Below, one piece after another: positions 37,511 through 45,345 of a DNA stretch of 64,000 nucleotides (positions are counted from its first letter, which is position 1; each line of letters begins with the position of its first letter). The stretch is from NCBI GenBank assembly GCA_944390365.1, contig CALXPW010000002.1, positions 2,499 to 66,498 on the forward strand, given 5' to 3'. Below the pieces are notes generated by a model. It did no database searches. It was not told where the DNA came from and saw only the letters and a list, made by a program, of their open reading frames with translations. A program made the position numbers and the translations under genes. The stretch comes from an uncultured Clostridia bacterium (lineage in GTDB: Bacteria > Bacillota > Clostridia > TANB77 > CAG-508).

Positions 37511-37721
37511 TAACAAAGCTAGCACACATTTTTTATTTATGTTGAAGTTCTTAAGGTGGGGACCAACAAATTACAATCTGTGGAAAAATTACTCTTTAAG
37601 AAAAAACTTGTTTTTTCTTAAAGGTAGAATTAGGTAGTGAACCATTGTAATTTTTACTACAGATTGTTATGCCGTTGGGGGAACGGAAACATAAATAAAA
37701 AATGTGTGCTAGCCTTTGTTA
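37511..37721. repeat. 211-nt imperfect long hairpin (H1) between convergent htpX and tatD
   Basis: The 33-nt outer arm TAACAAAGCTAGCACACATTTTTTATTTATGTT (37511-37543) pairs with 37688-37721 with one bulged C. Inner arms are ACAATCTGT...ACAGATTGT and AAAAATTAC/GTAATTTTT. The central hairpin is CTTTAAGAAAAAA-CTTG-TTTTTTCTTAAAG (37594-37623). Confidence 0.8.
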
Positions 37722-37730
37722 ATATATAAA

Positions 37731-38525
37731 TCACTCAATTTCAAACACTCTACAAGCATTTTCATAAGTAATTTTAGCAATTTCATCTACAGGCTTTTGC
37801 CTTACACTTGCAATTTTTTCTGCCATAAATTTAACATTTCTAGAATCATTTCTCTTGCCCCTATTAGGTTCTGGAGAAAGGTATGGACTATCTGTTTCGA
37901 TAAGCATTCTATCTAGTGGCACTAATTCTATAATTTCATTAGCATTTTTTGAATTTTTAAATGTAATCGGTCCTGCAAATGATATATAATAACCTAATTT
38001 AAGTGCTTCTTTTACTAGTTCTCTATTTAATGGGCAACAATGAAATACTCCTCTTTTTATTACTTGATGGTTTTTTAATATTTCTAAAGTATCCATTACT
38101 GCATCTCTTGTATGTATTACAATTGGTAAATTAAAATTGTTTGCAATTTCTATTTGTTTAATAAATACATTTTTTTGTATTTCTCTTTTTGCAATGTCTT
38201 TTTCCCAATAATAATCTAATCCTATTTCTCCTATTGCTACAATTTTTTTACTATCTTTTTCCTTTTTTATAAATTCTACTAATGTGTCTAATTGTGCTTC
38301 TATTTCTCCTGTAGAATCTGGAATATCATTTGGAGAAATTCCAGAAATAGTATACATCCAATTATATTTTTTAGCTATTTGTAATGCATAAATTGATGAT
38401 TCTAAACTATACCCAGCATTGATTAGTTTTGTTACTCCAGAATCATAAACCCAATTTATTACTTCTTCTCTATCTTCATCAAACTTGTTGTCATTATAAT
38501 GTGCATGTGAATCAAAAAGTTCCAT
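37731..38525 (-). CDS. tatD: TatD family hydrolase
   Basis: FDSHAHYND, GEIGLDYYW, VIHTRDA, ETDSPYL. Confidence 0.9.
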   Translation of the reverse strand: MELFDSHAHYNDNKFDEDREEVINWVYDSGVTKLINAGYSLESSIYALQIAKKYNWMYTISGISPNDIPDSTGEIEAQLDTLVEFIKKEKDSKKIVAIGEIGLDYYWEKDIAKREIQKNVFIKQIEIANNFNLPIVIHTRDAVMDTLEILKNHQVIKRGVFHCCPLNRELVKEALKLGYYISFAGPITFKNSKNANEIIELVPLDRMLIETDSPYLSPEPNRGKRNDSRNVKFMAEKIASVRQKPVDEIAKITYENACRVFEIE

Positions 38526-38613
38526 TTCTGCCTCCCTTTTACTTAATTTAATACTAATTATTTTTATATTAGAGTATATTTAATTTCTAAGATTTTATTT
38601 TTTCATCTAACAA

Positions 38614-39012
38614 TTAGCTAAATACTGCAACCACACTAGCCATAGCATAATCCTTTATATGAGAAATACTAACATCTATACTTTCTAATTTTAAATTATC
38701 TGCAGTTTTCTCAATATTATTCTTCAGCTTATCCACATTTATTACTGGTTTTCCACTCTCTATATTTATTACTTCTATGTCTTTCCACATAGCATCTTCT
38801 CGCCCATCAATAAAATCTGAAATAGCCTTAAAGATAGCCTCTTTCGCTGCAAATCTTGCTGCAAAATGTTGGTATTTCATCACTCCCGATTTGCTACAAT
38901 ACTCTATTTCTTTTTCTGTATAAATTCTATTTAAAAAGGTGTCTCCTAACTCCTCTATAGACCTTCTTATTCTATCCACTTCTATTATATCTATACCAGT
39001 TGTAACCTTCAT
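38614..39012 (-). CDS. acpS: holo-[acyl-carrier-protein] synthase
   Basis: GIDIIEVDRIRR, FAAKEAIFKA and SISHIKDYA are the typical AcpS motifs. 132 aa. Confidence 0.9.
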   Translation of the reverse strand: MKVTTGIDIIEVDRIRRSIEELGDTFLNRIYTEKEIEYCSKSGVMKYQHFAARFAAKEAIFKAISDFIDGREDAMWKDIEVINIESGKPVINVDKLKNNIEKTADNLKLESIDVSISHIKDYAMASVVAVFS

Positions 39013-39040
39013 TCCGTCCTCCTATTTTTATTTTATCATG

Positions 39041-39088
39041 AGTGAAGATATATATTTTTTTATTAAACAAAAAATATATATCTTCACT
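39041..39088 (-). terminator. 20-bp-stem hairpin downstream of 39099..40349
   Basis: AGTGAAGATATATATTTTTT (39041-39060) / AAAAAATATATATCTTCACT (39069-39088), loop TATTAAAC. Confidence 0.55.
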
Positions 39089-39098
39089 AAATAAAAAT

Positions 39099-40349
39099 CT
39101 ATTTTAAACTCACATACAGTATTGTCAAAATATTTATTACTAATATTGCCAAAACCACAACTCTAGTAATTTTATTGTTTTTGCTTAACTCTTCAACATT
39201 ATGTTTTTTATATGATACATCATATTCATTTTTTATTTTTGAATATGTTGTTTCAATTCCTAAATTTTCAATCCAAGCTGATTCTAATTTTTTCCCAAAT
39301 TCTTCATTGGTTATATCTTGTATCCATATCTGTTTTGTAAAGTTTATTAAGCCTTCCTCTGCTTTTTTATATTTTGACTTAAAATCATAATTTAATTTAT
39401 TTAATAATATTTTTTTATACAATACTAATATATATGTATACAAATACTCACTTTCAAATTTTTGTGGTACAATTGTAAAATTAGAAGTGTTTATATTCGA
39501 TGTAAAAAGTACTGTACTTGTAGGTGTAAAACCATATTTTATATATTGATTTTTATAAATCTGCCTCTTTTCATTTGCATTTTCTGTCTTTCTTGCATAT
39601 TTATCATCTAATATTTGTGAATTAGATGGAAGCACCGAACGATATTTTTCAAATAAATTGTCTAAGTCCTCTTCATTTGTATTTTCGTTCCAATCTTTTT
39701 GGTCTAAACAAGAATATGAATATACAAAAAACTTTTCACTTCCAATATTTGCTTCATTGGCAATGTTCTCAGTTCCTGTTATTTCTTTAATTAAAGCTGT
39801 AATGTCTTTTACATTTTTAAATGAACTTGACTGTATTTTTATATTCTCATATTCCTTTAAATTATATGCTATGGAATTTACTTCTCTAAATTTATAGTTA
39901 AAGTTAAGTACATCTGAAAAACTTTCGCTATTTTCTAGATTTGTTTTAAAAATTAAAAAACATACACCAGTTTTAAAACATACAATTTTTATTCCTGTTA
40001 TCTCAAAAAATATACAATTATTATCATCTACTTTTCCCTGTAAATTTTCTGTAAGTTCATAATTAAACACATTACAGTCATGCTCTGCAAGTAATGTAGC
40101 TTTAACTGATGTATCTAATTTATTAAAATCTTTTATTCCTTGTCTATTAGTATCAAAAGACCAAAACATATACTCTCTAATATTAGGTAGGAAATACGTA
40201 TATAAATGTATGTCTTTTTGTTTATCAAATATTCTTAATTTACATTTCTTGTTTCTTAATAAGCTCTGTAAATATTTTTTGTATTTTTCCTCTTCTATCA
40301 TATATGGATAGATAAAATATGTATATTGGTATTTTGTCATAAGTTCCAT
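39099..40349 (-). CDS. hypothetical protein with a single C-terminal TM helix
   Basis: RBS AGGAGG. 416 aa. C-terminal ITRVVVLAILVINILTILYVSL. No family recognised. Confidence 0.5.
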   Translation of the reverse strand: MELMTKYQYTYFIYPYMIEEEKYKKYLQSLLRNKKCKLRIFDKQKDIHLYTYFLPNIREYMFWSFDTNRQGIKDFNKLDTSVKATLLAEHDCNVFNYELTENLQGKVDDNNCIFFEITGIKIVCFKTGVCFLIFKTNLENSESFSDVLNFNYKFREVNSIAYNLKEYENIKIQSSSFKNVKDITALIKEITGTENIANEANIGSEKFFVYSYSCLDQKDWNENTNEEDLDNLFEKYRSVLPSNSQILDDKYARKTENANEKRQIYKNQYIKYGFTPTSTVLFTSNINTSNFTIVPQKFESEYLYTYILVLYKKILLNKLNYDFKSKYKKAEEGLINFTKQIWIQDITNEEFGKKLESAWIENLGIETTYSKIKNEYDVSYKKHNVEELSKNNKITRVVVLAILVINILTILYVSLK

Positions 40350-40367
40350 TATTTTTCCTCCTATGTT

Positions 40368-41897
40368 TTATTCATCAGTAAAATAATATAGGTTTAAATC
40401 TGAGCCTAAATGCCATTTGCCAATGAATTCTACTAAAATATTATTATCCAAATTATATGATGGTGACACTGCAATTTGACCTTGAGAATCTACTGCTCCC
40501 CATAAACCATCTTGTTTAACACTAGCATAACCATAATCATTTTGCTCTCTTGCCTCATCATAAATATAATTTACTACAACATTTCCGTTTGCGTCTACAA
40601 ACCCGTATTTTCCGTCTTCATTTCTACTTAAGAAAATTGTGTTTCCACTTAAAATATCTTTGCTTGTTCTTTCTTCAAATCTAAAATTATAATATTTGTA
40701 TTCGTCATCTTCTCTTACCCTTAAATAACCTTTTGACTCATTTACTTCTGATAATATAACACTAGATAGCTTAACATTAAGATTTGTATCTAATAAATCT
40801 GATGTATAATCTTTATTTGTTGCTTCGTAGAAATTACCTGTACTTCTGTAAACTATATTAGTATATTTAAAATCCACAACTGTATTGCCACTTGCATCAA
40901 CAATTCCGTAGTTTGAATTTTTTTGGACAATATAGTGATTTCCTTCAGCATATCTAATAGAATCATACTGAGTATCTATTAGACTTTTTCCATCAGTTAT
41001 AGATACAACTCCATATTTATTTCCATCTTCTACTATTGCATTTTCTCCGGCTATGGATATAATGTTATCATAGTCGCCTGCTAGATATTTATTTCCGTCT
41101 GTATCTACAATCTCCCAGTTATTATTTTCATTTACAATATAGTACTTTCCTCCACCATATACACTTTTAATATTATCATAATTTTCTTGCACAGCAACTG
41201 TTTTTGTATATGTTATTACACCATATTTATCATCTTCATTTTTTACTATATAACCATCTTCAAATCTATCCGAAATAGGTATTATTTCTTCATAATTATT
41301 ATTTATTATAGTAGACCCAACATTATCTATTAGTCCATATTTTCCGTCTTTTTCAGTAAGTAAGCTATTTTCTACTCCTCTTAATGCCACAATTGAACCA
41401 TAATCACAGTTAGCAATTTGGCTACCATTTGTATCAATCAATCCATACTTTCCATCTTTAGAAACTTTTAGTAATCCTGCTTGATACCATAAATTATTAC
41501 TTTCGTCGTAATTTTCTATTGCTTCTACTAAATCATAATCAGTAAATAATTCTTCGCCTTTTTCATTTAGAACTCTTGTATCATAAGTATTATCCGTGTA
41601 ATTAACATTTATTGTGCATATAAATATAGCTTTCTGATTATCTGGTATCACTATATATTCATCATAAGTTGGTTCAATTACAATATTTCCTCTAGAATCT
41701 ATAACTCCCCATTTGCCATCTGTATATACTGGAAAATATCTTAAAGCCACAACTTTTTCTTGTGGGGTATCTTCTGTGTTTAATAATTCTCTAATACCAA
41801 TAACAAACATAACTATTACTGCTATTGCTATTAAAACTGCAAAGACTTTTTTTACATTCAGCTTTTGTTCTCCGTCATATCTTTTACCTCTACTCAT
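40368..41897 (-). CDS. WG-repeat (KWG) protein with N-terminal TM anchor
   Basis: Repeated DGK(W/Y)G(V/L)ID..G..(I/V) units occur about 10 times. Start is probably ATG 41897 (RBS GGAGGT). Confidence 0.75.
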   Translation of the reverse strand: MSRGKRYDGEQKLNVKKVFAVLIAIAVIVMFVIGIRELLNTEDTPQEKVVALRYFPVYTDGKWGVIDSRGNIVIEPTYDEYIVIPDNQKAIFICTINVNYTDNTYDTRVLNEKGEELFTDYDLVEAIENYDESNNLWYQAGLLKVSKDGKYGLIDTNGSQIANCDYGSIVALRGVENSLLTEKDGKYGLIDNVGSTIINNNYEEIIPISDRFEDGYIVKNEDDKYGVITYTKTVAVQENYDNIKSVYGGGKYYIVNENNNWEIVDTDGNKYLAGDYDNIISIAGENAIVEDGNKYGVVSITDGKSLIDTQYDSIRYAEGNHYIVQKNSNYGIVDASGNTVVDFKYTNIVYRSTGNFYEATNKDYTSDLLDTNLNVKLSSVILSEVNESKGYLRVREDDEYKYYNFRFEERTSKDILSGNTIFLSRNEDGKYGFVDANGNVVVNYIYDEAREQNDYGYASVKQDGLWGAVDSQGQIAVSPSYNLDNNILVEFIGKWHLGSDLNLYYFTDE

Positions 41898-41990
41898 AGT
41901 GACCTCCAAAAAAAGATATTTTTTTACATATATACTATATCATATTTTCTGGGTTAATTACAACATTATTGTGCATTTTTAGCTAAAAAA

Positions 41991-42275
41991 GTTGCAAGTT
42001 AAAGCTTTGATATTATAATTTTTAATTATAACTAATTTTTGATAGGTTAGAGTGGGCTTCTAAAAAAAGTATGAAAATATGGAATGGAGAGTGATTTTAG
42101 TATAGAAATTCTAAGAAAATTTTAGTAGGGAATCTCAAATTCTTTTGAGGGCGCTACTAAAATTTCTCATAGAATTTCTACGAAAATCAGCTTGACCGAC
42201 ATATTTGAAATACTTTTTTTAGAAGTTTACTCTAACCTATATAATTTTTATAATATCAAAGCATTAACTTACAAC
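41991..42275. repeat. 285-nt imperfect long hairpin (H2) between spoIIE and the WG-repeat gene
   Basis: Left GTTGCAAGTTAAAGCTTTGATATTATAA ... AGGTTAGAGTGGGCTTCTAAAAAAAGTAT pairs with right ATACTTTTTTTAGAAGTTTACTCTAACCT ... TTATAATATCAAAGCATTAACTTACAAC. Inner arms are GTA(T)AGAAATTCTA/TAGAATTTCTAC and AAAATTTTAGTAG/CTACTAAAATTT. Confidence 0.8.
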
Positions 42276-42303
42276 AAAAATAGCATCTTGCGATGCTATT
42301 TTT
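42276..42303 (-). terminator. rho-independent terminator of spoIIE
   Basis: AAAAATAGCATC-TTGC-GATGCTATTTTT immediately after the spoIIE stop. The minus-strand reading ends in a T-run. Confidence 0.75.
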
Positions 42304-42304
42304 A

Positions 42305-44800
42305 TTACACATTTTTCTTGCTAATCTTAGCTACAATTACACTCATATCGTCCTTTTGCTTTCCATAATCATTGTCTATTGCCTCTCCAATTATTAAATC
42401 TGCAATTTTCTGTGCATCAGTAGCTTCTATGTCTTCTAATAAGTATTGAAGCCACAATTGCTTATTAACATACTCTTTGTTGGAGTCTATTACTCCATCC
42501 GTGCACATTACTAAAATATCTCCATCTTGCAAGTCATAATCATATACCACTAAATCTACATTATTTAAAATTCCTGTTGGTAGTGACATTGATTTTAGCA
42601 TTTGAACATTTTTTCCTCTTTTTATGTATGTTGGGCATGCTCCATTTTTTATAAATTCCATATTTCCATTAAATAAATCTAGTATTTCTATATCTAAGGT
42701 TGCATACATATCTTCTTCTGTATTTGCTGAAAGTGTAGAATTTATTAGCTTTAATGATACCTCTTTTTCAAATCCAGCTGACAATAATCTTTCCAACATT
42801 TTTACTGCTATTTTACTACTCTTCATTGCTTCTGGACCTGAGCCCATTCCATCACTTAATGCTAACAAGTATTTTCCATCTTGCAATTTTATTTGCAAGC
42901 TACTATCTCCAGATACTGGAGAACCTGCTTTAGTTGATTTTGCAGTACCTATTTGTATGTTGTATTTGTCATCAGATATATATGTAAATTTACAAGTATC
43001 TTTATTTAGTCTTAACCCACATATTTGATTTTGCAAAATTAAATTTTGATTTAGAACTTTGTTTAAAATTTTGTTTATTCTTCTTACATCACATTCTGTC
43101 CCATCCATATTTTCACATACATCTGTATAAATATCCACAATAAATCTTCCAGAACTTTTTTGTTTTATCTCAATATTCTTTATTTCAATATCTTTTTGCT
43201 CTAATAATTTTAGTATTTCTTGCTTTTGTGTAGCAAACTTGTCCTCTTCTTTATCTATATCATCTGCCATTTTTGAAATAGCTTCAGACACTCCTCTTAA
43301 TTGCTCCGATATATTTTTCTTACTCTCATCTAGTTTTTTCTTCCAAATAAAGTTTATTTTACTTACTCTATATGAATAATTTATGGCTTTTACAATCCTA
43401 TAAATATCCTCGTTTGCTTGACTTTTCGTATTCTCAAAGCCCACTATATAGTTGTTATTTTTTTCTAATATTTTAACAAATTCTTTTTCTGTAATCACAT
43501 CGTTTTCTAATAAATAATCAAATATATCTGTTATTAGCTCTTCCGTTGGATAATAAATTTCTTCATATAGCATGTTGTCTTCTAAATCTTCTAAGTTTTT
43601 CTTTAATTCTTCCATAAATATATCAATATTTGCTTTTTCTTGCTCTTTCAATTCTTTTTCAGAAAGTATAGTTGCAGCAGCCTCGCTATAACTTTCTGCC
43701 ATATCATATATAGTATCGGACATACTATTTAGTTTGAATATAGTATCTTTATTTTCTTCTAAATCTCTTTCTGTTTTTTCTGGTAAAAGTGGTGTGTTTC
43801 CTACTAAATCTTCTATATTTATTTCTATATTCTTAGGAATAATTAGTAATCCCAATGAAGCAATTAGTATTTCTTGAAATACTATAAGGTCTACTGTGTT
43901 TCCATTTACAGCATATGCTAGAACTACATTTCCTAGTGTAAAGCCTACTATAACACCTAATCTTCCAAATCTGTTTAATAGACCAGCAATCAAACCAGAT
44001 ATAGCATACGCCGCAATCATTATTGGTTCTGTTCCTGTAATTATTCCTAGCACTACTCCTATAGTTATTCCCCCTGTAGCACCAACTAGCATGCCATTTT
44101 TCCAACCTAATACAAGAACAATCAATATACTAAGAATATTTTTTATAGAAAAGCCAAAGACATTTAAACTTCCAAATGCTGTTATAGTTATTGCAAGTAA
44201 TAAACTTGTCCCTGTTACCTCTTCTATTGTAAATGCTCTTCTTTTTCCAAAATCTATAATCATTGTAATTGAGTTTGTAAATATTTTATAAAAAATATAT
44301 GTAGTCATACTAAGCATTATGCTTGTTAATAAATCAAATACATAAAAATCTCTAAAAAGCATTGGCACTAGTTGCACAATCAATACTGCAAAAAACAAAT
44401 GAATTCCAATTTTTCTCTTTTCATTAACATTTTCTTGAAGCTTTGGTCTCACAATCAAAATCAAAGCAAAGAACACTAGTGAAGTTATAAAGTATGTAAC
44501 TAAGCTATTAAAACCAAAACCAATAAACGTTCCTATCAATGATAGTACATACATTATACCAACGGGTCTATTATTGCTTAAAGCACCTGCAATAATGGCT
44601 AGTCCAAATGGTGATATATTAAACATGAGCGTACTTTCATCAAAGCCAACCATTGATATTAAGAATGTAACAGCATATAACATTATATTTTGCTTCGCAA
44701 ACAGTCCTTTTAGCACATCTTTTGCATTAACTTTTTTATTCTCTTCAATTTTTTCATCACTTTGATTATCAAATGAGTCTCTTGTTATATTTTGAAACAT
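42305..44800 (-). CDS. spoIIE: stage II sporulation protein E (PP2C phosphatase with a polytopic membrane domain)
   Basis: About 10 N-terminal TM helices and a C-terminal PP2C domain (SGDSSLQIKLQDGKYLLALSDGMGSGPEA ... DGVID ... DDMSVIV). Start is probably ATG 44800 (RBS GAGGTGG). Confidence 0.9.
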   Translation of the reverse strand: MFQNITRDSFDNQSDEKIEENKKVNAKDVLKGLFAKQNIMLYAVTFLISMVGFDESTLMFNISPFGLAIIAGALSNNRPVGIMYVLSLIGTFIGFGFNSLVTYFITSLVFFALILIVRPKLQENVNEKRKIGIHLFFAVLIVQLVPMLFRDFYVFDLLTSIMLSMTTYIFYKIFTNSITMIIDFGKRRAFTIEEVTGTSLLLAITITAFGSLNVFGFSIKNILSILIVLVLGWKNGMLVGATGGITIGVVLGIITGTEPIMIAAYAISGLIAGLLNRFGRLGVIVGFTLGNVVLAYAVNGNTVDLIVFQEILIASLGLLIIPKNIEINIEDLVGNTPLLPEKTERDLEENKDTIFKLNSMSDTIYDMAESYSEAAATILSEKELKEQEKANIDIFMEELKKNLEDLEDNMLYEEIYYPTEELITDIFDYLLENDVITEKEFVKILEKNNNYIVGFENTKSQANEDIYRIVKAINYSYRVSKINFIWKKKLDESKKNISEQLRGVSEAISKMADDIDKEEDKFATQKQEILKLLEQKDIEIKNIEIKQKSSGRFIVDIYTDVCENMDGTECDVRRINKILNKVLNQNLILQNQICGLRLNKDTCKFTYISDDKYNIQIGTAKSTKAGSPVSGDSSLQIKLQDGKYLLALSDGMGSGPEAMKSSKIAVKMLERLLSAGFEKEVSLKLINSTLSANTEEDMYATLDIEILDLFNGNMEFIKNGACPTYIKRGKNVQMLKSMSLPTGILNNVDLVVYDYDLQDGDILVMCTDGVIDSNKEYVNKQLWLQYLLEDIEATDAQKIADLIIGEAIDNDYGKQKDDMSVIVAKISKKNV

Positions 44801-45083
44801 AATAACCACCTCTACCTTTTTATTTATGCATTAAAGTTTCTCCTTTTAGTTTATCCTTTGTGTTAGTAGCATTTTTAATGCCACTTAATTATAGCTTTTT
44901 TAAAAATAGTTTTTTGTCACATTTAATCCATAATATAAAAAAGTTTTTTACAAAATGTGATGTGCTTTTTATTATTTTTCTCTTTTTTATCATTTTACTT
45001 GTACTATTTTATCCTAAAATGGTGGTTTTTTCAACAATTTGTAGGGAAAAACTTAAGAAAAGTGCTACTATATAATAGATGAG

Positions 45084-45273
45084 CCAAAGTTAATAAGTAT
45101 ATTTAGAGAATTTTTGTAGTGACGCGTAAGCGACCAAACGAGCTTCTTTGAAGCGAGTGCGATTTATAGCACATTTCCTGCGATAAAAAGAAAAATTTAT
45201 TTTTCTTTTTATCATTAGTAGGGTGCGACACCAAGGAACAAAAAAATTTGATAAATATACTTATTAACTTTGG
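45084..45273. repeat. 190-nt structured intergenic repeat, copy 1 (about 90% identical core to 61371-61561)
   Basis: Outer arms CCAAAGTTAATAAGTATA / TATACTTATTAACTTTGG. The shared core runs from TATTTAGAGAATTTTTGTAGTGACGCGTAAGC to CACCAAGGAACAAAAAAATTTGATAAATATAC. Central hairpin GATAAAAAGAAAAA-TTTA-TTTTTCTTTTTATC (45182-45213). Confidence 0.85.
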
Positions 45274-45293
45274 TTGTTATATTATATAGCGAG

Positions 45294-45336
45294 AAAATCG
45301 TGGACAAAATGGAGTGTCCCTTTTGTCCACGATTTT
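45294..45336 (-). terminator. rho-independent terminator of the giant surface-protein operon
   Basis: 16-bp arms AAAATCGTGGACAAAA / TTTTGTCCACGATTTT with an 11-nt loop. The minus-strand reading is followed by TTTTCTC. It begins 10 nt after the stop at 45346. Confidence 0.8.
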
Positions 45337-45345
45337 ATTTAACTA

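Noticed and set aside
37541-37640. 31-codon ORF inside hairpin H1 (MLKFLRWGPTNYNLWKNYSLRKNLFFLKGRIR)
   Set aside because: It has no RBS and is not hydrophobic or toxin-like. It is most simply a by-product of the palindromic sequence.
45100-45240. 42-codon highly basic ORF on the minus strand of repeat copy 1 (MIKRKINFSFYRRKCAINRTRFKEARLVAYASLQKFSKYTY)
   Set aside because: In copy 2 (61371-61561) the ATG is ATA and an indel changes the frame, so coding capacity is not conserved. I treat the element as non-coding.
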